64,000 nt of DNA from Callorhinchus milii (Eukaryota): NCBI RefSeq assembly GCF_018977255.1, contig NW_024704743.1, positions 73,100,001 through 73,164,000 of the forward strand, read 5' to 3'. A program made the translations under genes and the position numbers. Within the stretch, counting starts at the first letter, position 1. Each line of letters starts with the position of its first letter. The notes under the pieces were generated by a model. That model worked only from the letters and a program-made list of their open reading frames with translations, ran no database searches and was not told where the DNA came from. Shown here in pieces: positions 36,995 through 50,914 of this stretch.

Positions 36995-39900
36995 GTATAG
37001 GTAGGCAAATGTGGCAACCAATTTGTGCACAGCAATGACCCACAGACAGCCATGATTATGAATGACCAACATTGTTGACCAGGAGAAACTCCCATCTCTT
37101 TTCAAATAGTGCCATGGATCTTTAACAACTATCTGAAGCAATAGTGAAGCAGTTGCTTTGCTGATTTCTATTCTTTGCAGTGAGGTTACTTGCAAGCTTA
37201 TTGGAATCCAGGTATCCATTCAGTGAACCGATCCCACTGGATCCTTAGAGTTTAAATATTCTACCATTTTCAGGTTTTGCATTTATGGAGGGCAAGGGTA
37301 GTAGTAGCTGAACAAGGAACAGGATTCTTGACAGCCTTGATGTCAAAGGCAATTCATGCCGTTTTAACTGCTTACATACCAGGGATATCCTCTTGCACAT
37401 TCTGGGATTCCCAAGCCTTGCCGGTTACCTAACTGCACCTAATACTTCCCTCTGGGAATGCATTCTACATTTGACACAAGAAAATTTCGGTGGGTAGATG
37501 GAATACATATGTGGACCTCTGAGTCTGGTTTGAATCCTGTTAAGCATGGTGATTATTTTCTACATTGTATCAAATACCTGGCTGACCAAAAATTATTGTT
37601 TTTTTTAAAAATCTTAAATATGTGTAAGATATGAGGGTGGTCATTCCCATCTCTGTTTCATAATCTGGTAGTGCTGCTGTGAAGGGGAAATAAAAATGGA
37701 AATAGTAGCCAATAAAATTTGTTAATATTAATTTCTTGCCTTCACCAACCAACAAAACGGATTGTGAGTGGGCACAATCAAATCAAGCTTTGCGACAAAT
37801 CTTCAAACATACCTTATTGTTTGATTCACAGGTAATTTCATTCCAATTGACACAAGCAATGAAATACAATAATGGCCAATGGAAAGAAAATTCATACCAG
37901 TGAAAAGCATTTGAAATAATATGAGGAAATAGTGATGCAGTGAACTCAAACATTGTCCTTTCAGCTCCGCGTCCTGGGTTTGAATCCATCTTAGATTAAT
38001 GAGATCTCTGTCAACTATGAATCCAACATAATGCATTTGGGCAGCCTCAATACAGTTTCAAGCAGTTGTGGACCTCAAGCATAAATATCCCTATAAAACT
38101 TGATTTAATTGTCAATTTCCCACAGAGAAAAGCTGACAAGGATATATGGAGGGATGGGGAAATGGAGAAACACACGGAAGTGTGTAGTGGTTGGCCTTTC
38201 AAAGTTGGAGTTGTTATATGGCAGAGTAGAAAGTAATTTTGTTTTCTGTGTCCGCACTTACCCAAACCTGGGATTGCTTAATGCAGGCATTGATCACTTA
38301 AAGTGGAAATACTGTACTGTATGATGGTCTGTTATGCAGCACTCACATACCTCACTTTAATAAACATAAGAAAATCACTAATCTAAGTGTTGGGGAACCT
38401 ACTTCAAGAATGCAATTCAATTAAGCAGATTCAGCCAATGCTGAAAACTGAGAATTATGCTGAGCTATTTATAAACATGGCCTTAGATTGTTTTAATGCC
38501 TTTTAAAATGTCGATAGTTATCTGTTGTTTCATTTGTGAAAGTGAAAACTTTGTAAGATTGCTTCAATGGGACAGCATGAAATTCCAATTGAAACTATAT
38601 GTGATGTTGCCGATTATTCTCCCTCCACCTCTCTTTTCATCCAAGTAAAGTAAAATATTGTCTGATGCTATTGAACCTGATGCTGAGTTTCGACTGCATG
38701 TTCTACCTGCTTGCAATCTTTTGAAAGAACTTAACATATTTACTGGAAATGTTGCCAACTCTGTTACAAGCAGAAGCATATCAATGGATTAAGATGATGC
38801 CATAAACCAGAACAGGACAGCTCAGGGGGCATCTCAAACTAGACATGTATCATTCCTTCAAAAACTCTTCAGCGTGTCCTAATTTGACTATTGGAGCTTC
38901 TTTGGGGACAGTTTTACATTATTTGGAAAGTGTCTTCCTGCTGGCAATGGACGTTACAATGGACAATGATGGATTGCAAGCTCATACAATCTAATAACAT
39001 GACTTGATCTTGACTGAAGTGTTATTGTAACTGATCTGAAGTGAAATGTTATTGATGTAGTTCATTTGAACAGCTGTGATGCCCAGGTTTTGTGTCAATG
39101 CCTATTACGGGAATTGGCAAACTCTACATTATGTGGTAAGACCCATTATTAATGATGACATAAAATCTTTTCATACAGTCAGTGGTTCTTTTATCTAGTG
39201 CCATGTGGCTTGCATGCCAATTCATGAGTTATGGTGTAGAATTATAGAATTATTCAGCACAGAAGAAGGTCATCGAGCCAAATGTGGCCATGCCAGTTCT
39301 CTGCAAATTATATTGGTTTGGTCCCACTGCCATGCCTTTCCTCCATATTCTTTTGTATTTTTCCACGCAGAATAGAATCATTCTTCCTCATGCAACAGCA
39401 TTTACATACTGACTGATATTATTTTGCAGATAGATCGATAGATATAAAAAAAATCTACAGAGTTCCTGCCGCTTTAATAACTTTAAAGATATCAGTCATG
39501 TGACACCTATTTTTTCTCCTGGTGCACAGACTGTACATCACCGCAAGGTGTCTCAGTTCTGTCTTAGTCCTGTTTTAGTTTTAAAAATTCTATATTGCAA
39601 AGAAAAATGTTTTGATTAATGCTTTTCTGCAAGAGAGCTCAGTTCTGTTTTTTTATTTTTAATATGGCAGTCTAAAGATGTCTTCAAACTTTTAGAGAAA
39701 ATTAAGTGCTTTTCCTGCTAGTTTTCCTAATCTGTATGTTTTGACTAAATAAATAAAAATAATCCTTGCATTTGATACAGCATCTTATCACGTCGTTGAG
39801 GTGTCTCCAAAGAGCTTCACAGAATATATTTTAATGTGGATTTCTTTGTGCATTTTGTGGGTGAAACTAAATGAATCAAGTAAACCTTGTTTCATCCAAG

Positions 39901-40875
39901 TCAGGAGATAAGGATATCTATATTCTATCCATTTGTACTCAAGTTCTATTGCACATTTCATAATGCTGACACAAGGAGAGCCTTAGTCTACAATATGGAC
40001 CAGGCAAGAGTCCAGCTGAACAATTATTTTTGATCACACATGTGAAAACTTATAATACTTACGAATATCCAAAAAGAGCTGCATGTATGGTCCTACCTAC
40101 ACATGAAATTTACATGTTTGGAATGGAAGGCACACATTCTCCCCAAATATACAAGCAACATTTTTTCTCAACTTTCCCTTTGGAACACAGAGGTATATGT
40201 GTGTGTGTGTATATATATATATGTATATTATACGTGTTCTCCTATAGTGTGTCAACCACAAGATGGTTCACATTATGAATTCTCTTGACATGCTATCAAG
40301 GTCATTGTACTATTTGATTTGGTATGTGGCAATTGAACTATGGCAGGACTGAGCAATTCAGAGTTTATACTGTATTAGAGCATCTAAACCAGAGGAAAAT
40401 AGTATCAAATGACTGGCAATCAAATTTTAAAAGGGGCAGAGGACCTTTAGATTTTGATGGTTTGAAGCTGTTGAAAAATCGCAGGTCAGTATGTGGAGAA
40501 TGCCTATTTTCAAGCAATGGATTAGTTCCTACAAGGTGTGTAATCTTGTGTTCTATTTCAGTGGTTATATTGTAAGTACATGTGAAGTGCAACACAACAA
40601 TGTGCGTTGATACTGGTACTTTGTGTTCATTTTTATCATGTTTTCTAGGTATAAATATGGGAGAGGAATATAGGAAGAGTGGGCCATTCAGCCCACTGAA
40701 GTTTGTTCAACCATTGTTAGTTTGTGGCAGCTCAATCTCATTTAACCCCATGTCCCTTAATATCATTAGCTCCCAAGCATATATCTTCCATTTAAAAAAT
40801 TCAATTGTTTCTGCCTTAATTGGATCACCCCTTGACCTCCTCAATTTTAGAGAATATTATGTAAGTTTCTCATCA

Positions 40876-41360
40876 TAACAAGACAACTTGCATTTATATA
40901 GCGCCCTTCACGTGCGGTAGTATCCTGGAGAGCTTCACAGTAGCGGAGTCTGATCTCGAGCCAGGGGGAGAGGGAGGGGTGACTGTAAGCATGATCAAAA
41001 AGAAAGGTCTTTAGGTGGGCTTTGAAGGTCGGGAGGGAGGGAACGAGGCGGAGGTATTGAATTCCAGAGTTTCGGGGCATAGTGGCTGAACGCATGGCCA
41101 CTGATGGCAGAACGGAGGGCACCAGGGATAAGCAGGTGGCTGGAGAGAGCCGAGTGGAGGCAGCGGGTGGTGGAGTGGTGGGTAAGCAAATCGGATAGGT
41201 CGGGAGGTGCGAGGGCATGAAGGGATTTGAAAACAGGAGTAAGAGGATCTTGAAATCGATCCATTGAGTAACTGGGAGCAAGTTAGCCTAGCAAGGACTG
41301 GTGTGATGGAGGTACGGAATTTTGTGCGGCTGAGAATCCAGACAACTGGGTTCTGAACTT
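40876..41360 (-). mobile_element. L2 3' fragment of a different subfamily
   Basis: ORF 40847..41281: LPVTQWIDFKILLL...FKAHLKTFLF. Reverse tail caacttgcatttatatagcgccc. Confidence 0.88.
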
Positions 41361-42364
41361 CCTTACTTAACTTCCTTCAATGCCAATATATCCTTCCTAA
41401 AAATACAATAATCCAACAAGATCTGGCCAGTGACATTGTGACTGCATATACAATACATCTACTCTTATTTTCTATACATCTTGTGAAAAAAGTACAGAGT
41501 CATATTAGCAACTCTAATTGCTTGTGCACCTTTATAATTGCTTTTTGCACCAGCTAGTAATGTACCTTGATTTCTAGAACTGCGTTGCTAGAAAAAAAAT
41601 AATTTCAGCCTGCTAGTTTTTTGCTTCTTTTTCAAACATTATGAGACATCATTTCACAAGTTGCTGGTATATTTTCGATTGCCCCAACTCAATATAATCT
41701 TCATTTCACAGAATGCGTTAGATGATGCTACAGCCTGATCCTGCTGAGACAAGCTGCTGTTATCTAGTTTCTCAATTCAATATGAGAATATTAGTTGTTG
41801 CAGTTGATGAATATCTAAATTATTCCTGCAATGATTGATTTACACTAACTACCCACATGAGAGTTTACTGCAGCTTTTACCCTTCTCTATACCTCCTCAT
41901 TTTCAGTATCATTTGTTACAACCTACTGTTAATTAGCATTTTGATTAAGTTTCAATATGTACTTTGGTCAGAAATTGCATCTCTCAGCAAGAAAACCAAA
42001 TTAAATAATGTGTAGCAGATATTACAGGGGATTACACCTTCCTCACACCAGCTGTGAGCATCTTCCCTAATAAAATTAAAGGAAAACTCTCTGAGAAGAC
42101 TAATAGTGAAATGGCATGGTGAAACTTGGTCAAATATTAACCCTAATTATCTGGCTTATTGGTTCTTTAAATATGAACTGACCTATGGTTGGGCTCACAA
42201 TTACAATAGTTTTTCAACCAAGTGACTTTTGGAGTTGAGATTTGGAGCTTATTGTGTGGATAATTACAGATACACACTTGTGTCTCTTTTTATCCATCGA
42301 TCGATCCAGTGATCTTACTTACTCAGAAAGTAAGGGGATTATGGGAAAATACAGGGAAATGAGA

Positions 42365-43170
42365 TTAAATTAGGAGGAAATGTCAACACAGAGGATGACA
42401 TTAAAAAAATGCAGTGCGACATAGATAGGTTAGGTGATTGGGCAGGTAGGTGGCAGATGAAGTATAATGTAGGGAAGTGCGAAGTCATCCACCGAGGTAG
42501 CAAAAACAGTAGAGCGGGTTATTTTTTAGAAGGGGAGAGATTGGACTGTGTTAGTGTCCAGAGGGACTTGGGTGCCTTGTACACCAATCACAGAAAGTTA
42601 GTCTGCAGGCGCAGCAGCAATTAGGAAGGCGAACGGTATGTTAGCATTCATTATGAAAGGATTAGAGCACAATAGTAGGGAAGTCTTGCTGCAACTGTAT
42701 AGGGCCCTGGTGAGACCACACCTGGAATACTGTGTGCAGTTTTGGTCTCCTCATTTAAGGAAGGATGTACTTGCCTTGGAGGGGGTGCAGCGTAGATTTA
42801 CTAGGTTAGTGCCAGGGATGAAGGGGATGAGTTACGAGGATAGGCTGACCAATTTGGGCCTATATTCTCCAGAATATAGAAGAATTAGAGGGGATCTTAT
42901 AGAAAGAACTTCTTCACTCAAAGGGTGGTGAATGTATGGAACTCACTACCCCAAAGGGCTGTTGACGCTCAGTCCTTGAGCATATTCAAGACTGAGATAA
43001 ATATATTTCTTATTGCAAAAGGGATTAAGGGATATGGGGATAAAGCAGGGTTATGTATTCACCCTCGTATTCAAGTCCCTGCACTTCTCTGCACCCCCCT
43101 ACCTCTGAATGGCGGGGCAGGTTCGAAGGGCCAAATGGCCTACTCCTGCTCCTACATGTTATGTTACATA
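42365..43170 (+). mobile_element. CR1 LINE 3' part (RT C-terminus and 3' UTR)
   Basis: ORFs give DIDRLGDWAGRWQMKYNVGKCEVIH and LYRALVRPHLEYCVQFWSP...LEGVQRRFTRL. Tail ggccaaatggcctactcctgctcc. Confidence 0.93.
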
Positions 43171-43659
43171 ACATAACAGGAAAAGATCAAGCCTGGAACA
43201 GACTTGATTGTCTGAATGACCTCCTCCTGTGCCTATTTTCTTCTGTCCCATCTCATCATGTGTGGGTGTGGGGTGAGATGGAGAAGAGACAATGTTTGGA
43301 CAGTGAATCTCTGCATTAAATTAAACAGTCTGGCAACAGCCCTGTGCTGTTCTATACAGTCTGGGAATGCTGAAGTATTTCAGTCTAATACTATGCTAAC
43401 AAGTCTCCCTATCTTTCCTCACTATAATATAAAGTGTGTCTCAGTGGTTGCACTCTAACGGCTTTGAAAGGTTGTTTCATGATCTAAATATTGCAGTACT
43501 GAGCATAATTTGTAATGTAGATAGCTTGCAGCTTGGGAATTCTCGCTGTAGTTAATGTATAAAAAGCAAATTCCTGTTTCATATTCTGGCCGTTGTATTA
43601 CATGGAGTATGATTCATTCCGATCTGGTGGGTGGTATAAAGTATGTAAAAAGAAAATAA

Positions 43660-43840
43660 ATAATTCCCCCTCAAAAAATATTAATTTAGTCACTCAATCC
43701 ACAACTTTTTGTGGGACACTGCAATGTGCAATTTTGCCCACAAAATACACAGTCAATCCACTTTACAGAATATTTTATGAAGCGCTTTGAGACGTCTCGA
43801 CTACGTGATAAGGTGCTATATCAAATGCAAGGATTATTCT
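43660..43840 (+). mobile_element. SINE 3' half
   Basis: gtcactcaatccac...gcgctttgagacgtc...tatatcaaatgcaaggattatt. Confidence 0.8.
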
Positions 43841-44659
43841 TATATAAAATTATTGTTTTTTAAACAAAAGGTAAATTTGAGCTCTCCTATTAAAGAGTAT
43901 CAGATATACAGAACTAACGACTGACAATAACAAAGAACAAAGACATTAAATGTTTCAGGAAAGTCTGTGTTCGGAGAAAGTCTACATTTAATCTGTATCT
44001 TTTTATAACAAGCACTCTGATTTTTAGCTGTTGCAAGTGTTGTTTCTGCCAGGTCTTGCAATGCTTGTGCAATTCATACAAGAATGTTACAGCAAAAGAT
44101 AGGTTATTTGTCCTGTCAAGTCTGTGCTAGTGTTTTTCTCCACATTAGATACCTAATGTCATCCAACTCTCCTGCTTGCTTCTCATCCCCACTCACTGTT
44201 TTCTATCCTTCATGCAACTTTCTATCTCTATTGCCACTTTCCATTGATACCATTTGCCTTAAAAATTTTAACAAGCCTCCCAAATGGCACTTTATCCAGT
44301 CTTCTGAAAGGTCATAACATTATAACCACCATATCTATAGAATTGCATTGATCAATTCTCTCAGTTATTTCAGTAAGAACTCTATTAGAATTGTCAAGAC
44401 TTTCCATCCATATATCCATGCTGACTGTCTTTAATCAACCCACATTTTTCCGAGAAATTATAAATATCATTCCATACTATGGTCTATAAATCCAGTTATA
44501 TACATTTTACCATTTTACAATATATATAAAGTAAAACTTGCATAAATCTTATCTTTATAAATCGTATACTCGCCTAAGTTGTACATGCATCCAAGTCCCA
44601 TTCAGTTTCCTATCAAAACCATTTAGATTTCTTTGCACTCGTCATATTAATCATCTTCT

Positions 44660-45090
44660 AACTCGTAACATTGCTCCCATATCCTCCATTACTCCCCCAT
44701 TTACGCGATATTGAATCGCGGGAAACATGGTCTTGGCCTGTTGTCGCATGTGCAGAAGAACTTTGTTTCCCAGATTCAATGTGATTCCAATTCTTGCTGA
44801 TAGGTGCGCATTCAGCAACGTGTCAAAGCTACATTTCCCGCAATTCAACGCAGCCGCATGTGGCCTTACCAGCTGCAGTAACAAACTACTGCATGCGCAC
44901 TTACCGACTGCATTGAATTTTGCATGCAAAGTGCAGATTATTGATTAAATCGGATTTTATGCGATTTATACAAGTTTCCCTTTAATTGGACTTCACGTAC
45001 GTTATACTAAATATTATGGTCCCAACTGATACGACTTATGTGAGTTTTATGTGAGGTACCTCGAGAAACACTTACTAAAGTCGCAGCATA
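44660..45090. promoter_or_regulatory. CpG-retaining promoter-like element with ZNF143/E2F-like and NRF1-like motifs
   Basis: About 20 CpG in ~430 bp against a CpG-poor background. gcgggaaa 44718, gctacatttcccgcaattc 44828, tgcatgcgca 44890. Confidence 0.45.
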
Positions 45091-47212
45091 GTTTTAGGAA
45101 TTGGATGGGATTATGGCTTTGAACTCCGGATTGTTTGATGGTCTACAGTACAATACCAGATATAATTTCTAATCGGAAAACAGAAATGTGCTTTATTATT
45201 TACACCACGAGAAAATATAGAAAATATTTTTGCAGAAATCATGTCAGAAACCAGTCAACATTCAGTCCAAAAAAACATACTGCTTTCTTACATTCTGTTT
45301 TATGTGCTTGATTATATAATTATTAAAGAGTGCTGTGAAATATTAAAGGCGTGGAAGAGTGATTAAATAGGTAGCTCTTACAGAGAGTCTGCACAAACGC
45401 AATGAAATAAATGGCCTTCTATGATAATATTTTCTGGGATTAAGAAAGCAGGGTATGTCATTTTGGGAAGAGAGTGGATGATCCCCATTCCAGTCAACGG
45501 GACATTTCTGTGAGTAGGTGGAGAGACATGTGGCACTCTCAGTCTGTTCTGGATACTCTTAAGCATGGCAATGAGTTTCCACATGTGTCACACACCTGGC
45601 TGACCAAAATAAAATAAATTCTATGAATTCTATGATTCTACGATTATCGTAAGAATTATATTTTAAGTGAGTTAATACAGTTTAATATTCTGCCCTTCAA
45701 CAAGACTCTTTCATTCAAACCATACTATTTAAAGTAATAATTACAACCGTTGGTGTGAAAGGTTAATCACTTAGTGAATATCCGCATAGCTGCTTGTCAA
45801 AATTTAATGAACAAGGAAAAGTAATTAAAGAATCGAAACAATTGAAAAACATCTGACAAGCACATCACGTTGTGCAACCAGTACCTCCTTAATTATGTAT
45901 CTTTCATTTATATCTCTTGTGAACCTAATATTTTCACTGTACTCCGGTAATGTTCCATGCTGCTAATTGTTCTTTCTTTCCATTTCTCTCCCTGAGGGAG
46001 ATTGTTTGTGCTGTGTATTCTCTGTCATGAATTGGCTTGTATCTTATTCCTATCCTCGGAGCTGTGGGAGAATTTTGCGGTGATGTTTAAGTTCACCGCC
46101 TTGTAGTAGGTTGTCAGCTTTTTACTGTTTTCCTGCAAAACTCTAGGGATTTGACCATCATCCAAACTCATCCCCTGTTGCAATAGTGATAAGGTAAATG
46201 CAAGGATTATTATTATATTTTTATAATAGTGTTACGGAGAGATCACATTTCTTTCTCAAGCACCTCTCAATACCTTTCTTTACATGCTGTGGATTATCAG
46301 TCCTGAATTTAATTTAAAGGAGTTCTACTGAACAAACTTTTTTGAGAAGCTTGATGGTGACTCAAATCAGTGAATTAAAATTGTCTTGGGAGAACTTGCA
46401 CACGATACTGTGTGTGAAAAGCCTATGGAGTTAAGTGACCACTTTTATTTGGGGGATTGTTGGCCAGGACACCAGGAGAAACTCCCTTCTCTTTTCAAAT
46501 AGTGCAATGGGATCTTTAACGTCCACCTGAACAGGCAGATGAGACCTTGGTTTAATGTCTCATTAACATTGCGACAGCCCCTCAGCACTGCATTGGAGTA
46601 TCAGACTAGATTATATGAGGTCAGACAATTTGCCATGTCAGCTGCTGGAGAACATGAGAAGCTGTATATGCTTTTTGCTCCTACTGAAAAGTATTGCTGT
46701 GATAGAGAAAAGCTACTCCCACCCACACTGCCCTGTTTGACATCAATTAGGGATAATTGGTGTAAACTTTCCCATGGCATGATGCCCTCTTTCGATAATG
46801 GGAATAATATTTTAGTTGAAGATGATAATCAAAAATACACTCATCATTAATTTTGTATCTGTAAGATTGTAAAATCAAAGTAACATGTTAAGCCAAGTTG
46901 TAAAACAACTTTAGTATGCACAATATTAGAGAGAAAATATATTGGTTATATGGGGAGATGAAAGTGATACATTGTATTGTAATTTTTAATTACCATGTCT
47001 TGAAAAGATGTACTTGGAAGGGGCAGTGGGTAGAGAGGAGGTGTTTCATACAGCATATATCAATATTAAAATATCTAAAAATATTACAGTATATATAAAT
47101 ACAGCTCTATGAAGCTTTCTGAGACATTCTCCCGGCATTAAATTATTATTTCATTATAATAATAATTATTTCATTAAATTATGTAAATTATTGTTGTTTT
47201 GCCTCTTATTTT

Positions 47213-47913
47213 ACAACAACAACAAAATTTAATTTGTAAAGCGCCTTTCACATCGGGAGGAGTCCCAAGGCCCTGGACAGACAAGAGTTATGGACCAGAG
47301 CTGCGGGTCAGGGTGGGGGAAGGTGTAGGGCAGGAGGGAAGCGAAGAGATCGAAAGCACGGTTGAAGAGGAGGGTCGTGAGATGGGTCTTGAAGGTGGTG
47401 AGGGAGGGGATGAGGTGGAGGGACCGTGGGATGGAGTTCCAGAGGGTGGGGGCAGAGTGGCAGAAGGCCCGCCCACCAATAGTGGGGCGAGCGAACCGGG
47501 GGACGTGAAGCAGGCTGGAGCCCGCTGACCGAGGGAGTGAGCAGGATGGTAGGGGGTGAGGAGGTCGCAGAGGTAGTGGGGAGCAAGACTATGGAGAGCT
47601 TTGAAGGTGAGGACCAGGATCTTGAACTGTACCCTCTGTGTGATGGGAAGTCAGTGGAGTTGGGCAAGGATGGGGGTGATAGGGTCGCGGAGCCTAGTGC
47701 GGGAGGGGACACGGGCTGCAGAGTTCTAGATGATCTGCAGCCTGTGGAGGGAGGAGTTGGGGAGGCCGACAAGCAATGTGTTTGCATAGTCGAGCCTCGA
47801 TATAATGAAAGCATTTATGAGGAATTCGGCAGCCTGCGGTGTGAGACAGTGGTGGAGCCGGGCGATGTTGCGGAGATGGGGGAAGGCAGAGTGGGTCATG
47901 ATGCAGATGTGGG
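47213..47913 (-). mobile_element. L2 3' fragment
   Basis: (CAA)n tail, ttcacatcgggaggagtccc stem and L2 ORF2 C-terminal sequence. Confidence 0.9.
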
Positions 47914-47956
47914 ATTTTTTGTGTTTTGTTTGTTACGATCAAGTTGAAGAATATTG

Positions 47957-48286
47957 GAGTCCTGTAGCTTAGTGGTTAGAGCACTTGCAAGTGAGAGGAC
48001 CTATTAGGCAAGTTTCCTTACTCCACATGCTTCTGTTTAGTAAGTAGGAACCCGGTTGTTAGTCAATTGGCGAATCGCTCTTCCCGGGATAATAAACCCT
48101 TAAAAAAAACTAATAATTTGGTCACTCAATCCATGACTGTTTCTTGGGCGCTGCTGTGCATAATTGGCTGCCGGGTTTCACCCACAAAATAAACAGTCAA
48201 TTCATTTTAAAGTACATTCTGTGAAATGCTTTGAGATATCTAGAAGACATGATAAGGCACTACATCAAATGTAAGGATTATTATTA
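47957..48286 (+). mobile_element. tRNA-derived SINE, long form
   Basis: gagtcctgtagcttagtgg head, agtaagtaggaacccggttgttagtc middle, (TTA)n tail. Confidence 0.88.
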
Positions 48287-49482
48287 TTTTCAGTGTGAAG
48301 AATAGAACACTTTTATTTCACTATCCTGGTTTGTTATGTGAATTGTATAAATTCAAGCTCTGGGTTTCACTGTAAGAAACCTATGTTCCCAGAAAAGGCA
48401 AGAAAAATAATCTGGTGCATAAACGTTATTACCATCATCTAATGTAACACAATGCGGCAACTGCAAGTAATTATGCCAACGCCTCTACTACCATGGAGAT
48501 CTACTACTCTGGCTCAAAGTCAGATTGTGGGTTCACCACCCTATTTGGGGATTTTAAACTTTCGTTAAAAGCGTTATACCAAATGCAAAGATCATTATTA
48601 CTATCTGTGAATCCACTTTGAGACTTTTCAGCATTATAGGAGTTGTATCAGATGCAAGGGTTATTAATATGACCATGTCACTCAGATCCATAATCACCAC
48701 ATTCTCGAAACACTCCTCTTCAGGCATTATAGATGAAAGACCTTGGCTTTCCTCTCTGCATTGCTTCTCGAGTCTGGTCATGCCCTTTATGGCAACCAGA
48801 ACAAAACACAGTACTCCCAAGCCTGAATTTTAAAATAACTAGTCAGATATCCTGGCTGGAAGATAGCAGGGATGTAGATAGATATATTTATAAAGCTTGA
48901 AGCTATTGAATGTATAAAAACTCAATAATGGTTTGCTGTGCATTGTCCTGTGTACAAGTAGTATCTTACAATGCTTATTTCACGATTGATCATAGCAGCT
49001 GTTACATGCATTTTGTTTTTAGAAAATACAGCATTGTATACCATGAAATACTGCACCTGCTAACTAATTAAGGAGATCATAGTCAGACAGCGGAGAACAG
49101 CCTCGTAGTGGGAACTGAGGTCTTGACTGCAATTGTTGTATCTTTATGAAGTAATTGGTAAGCGATTTAAAATAATCTCCGTTGAGCAAATGAAAATGGG
49201 TTTACCTTCCACAGTGCTGTTCAAAAGGAGATTGCAACCACAATTTACCTACACAGTGCTTCACTCAATAATTAGAGTGATACTTTCCCCTGTGAAAATA
49301 ACTAGAATCTTTATGCATTCACTTGGCATTACAATTAAGATTAAAATCAGGTATTTCTTGAAGTGGTCTCCATGAATTTCTGACTACATTATATTCTTGT
49401 CTGAAACTTACAGCTCAACCCTACAAGGTACCAGGTAAAGCACATTTCCAAGGTCTCTATCAGTGCTCCATTGTGGCCAGCT

Positions 49483-50672
49483 ACAACAACAACAACAAGA
49501 AGATTCCATTTAGAGAGCGCCTTTCACGTTGGGAGGATGTCCCAAGGCGCTGTACAGTTGGGTCAGGACCCGGGCAGGGGGGAAATGGTCAGGGTGAGGG
49601 GAGGGAAGGGAGGGAGCGAGGACGGGGTAGAGAGTCGAGAGGGGAGGTGAAGGCACGGTCAAAGAGAAAGGTCTTGAGACCGGCCTTGAAGGAGGAAAGG
49701 GAGGAGGCGGCGAAGGCACTGGGGGATAGAGTTCCAGAGCCTCTGGGCTGAGAGGCTGAAGGCCCGGCCACCGATGGTAGGGCGGTTGGGGCGGGGGATG
49801 TGGAGCAGACTGGAGCCAGAGGAACGGAGGGTACGGGCAGGTAGGTAGGGGGATAGTAGGTTGGAGAGGTAGGAGGGAGCAAGGCCGTGAATGGCCTTGT
49901 AGGTGAGGATGAGGATCTTGAATTCGATCCTCTGGGGGATGGGGAGCCAGTGGAGGCGAGCGAGGGTGGGAGTGATGTGGTCGCGAAGCCTGGTGCGGGA
50001 CAGTACACGAGCTACCGAGTTCTGAATGACCTGCAGCTTGTGGAGGGAGGTGGCGGGAAGGCCGACGAGGAGAGAGTTCCCATAGTCCAGCCTTGAGGTG
50101 ATAAAGGCGTGGACCAGAGGTTTCAGCAGCATGAGGGGTGAGGTAGTGCCATAGTCTGGTGATATTCCGGAGGTGATGGAAGGCGGTGCCAGTTGTGGCG
50201 CAGATATGAGGGAGAAAGGACAGCTCAGGGTCAAACAGAACCCAGAGGTTCCTGACTGGCTTTGAGAGGTGGAGAGTGCAGCCTTGGATGCTGATGCTGT
50301 CGGCGCCTGAGGTGCGGAGGCGCTGACGTGAGCCAATCAGGAGGGCCTCAGTTTTGCGCACGTTGAGCTGAAGAAAGTCGTCTCTCGTCCAGGACTCGAT
50401 GTCGGACAGGCAGACTGTCAGGACATCAGTGGTCATGGAGTTGAGGGTAGAGGAGGAAAGGTAGAGTTGGGTGTCATCCGCATACATGTGGAAGTTAACC
50501 CCATGTCTGCGGATGATGTCACCAAGGGGGAGCATATAGAGGGTGAAGAGGAGGGGACCGAGGACAGAGCCCTGAGGGACACCGCACGAGACAGTGCGGG
50601 GGCTGGAGGAGAAGCCGTTCGTGGAAACAAAGTGAAGACGGTGGGAGAGGTACGACCTAAACCACTCAAGGA
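49483..50672 (-). mobile_element. Young L2 3' part
   Basis: ORF 49510..50535: [25 protein letters not shown]..., frameshifting into ORF 49659..50336 ([10 protein letters not shown]...LHWLP). Intact tail. Confidence 0.95.
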
Positions 50673-50914
50673 CAGGTCCTTGAAGGTTGAGCTAGCATGG
50701 GAAGCCCTGAATGTTTTCCTCTCCCTCCTGCAAGATGTGCGCATTGGCCCTGATGATTTGTTGGAGATATCCAGAAGCATCTTAAAGGTGAATACAGATC
50801 AGGGCTAAGGTTTAAATGTGATTTAAACAGGGATTAGTGCTGGAACCCTTTTTGTTCCGACTATCTGATGTGAAAAGTGCTATACCAACTGAAAGAATTA
50901 TCATTGTTTTAGTC

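Noticed and set aside
37222..37250. accgatccc (TDP or EPIP) as a candidate next G-patch exon; similar case at ~57985
   Set aside because: Wrong phase or no acceptor, and no MGMG continuation.
49510..50535. 341-aa ORF as a host gene
   Set aside because: It is L2 ORF2 RT (YADDTQ) that frameshifts into an off-frame Pro-rich sequence.
50672..50808. Protein-like stretch at the 5' end of the L2 (AWEALNVFLSLLQDVRIGPDDLL)
   Set aside because: No recognisable family or splice sites. It cannot be supported without a search.
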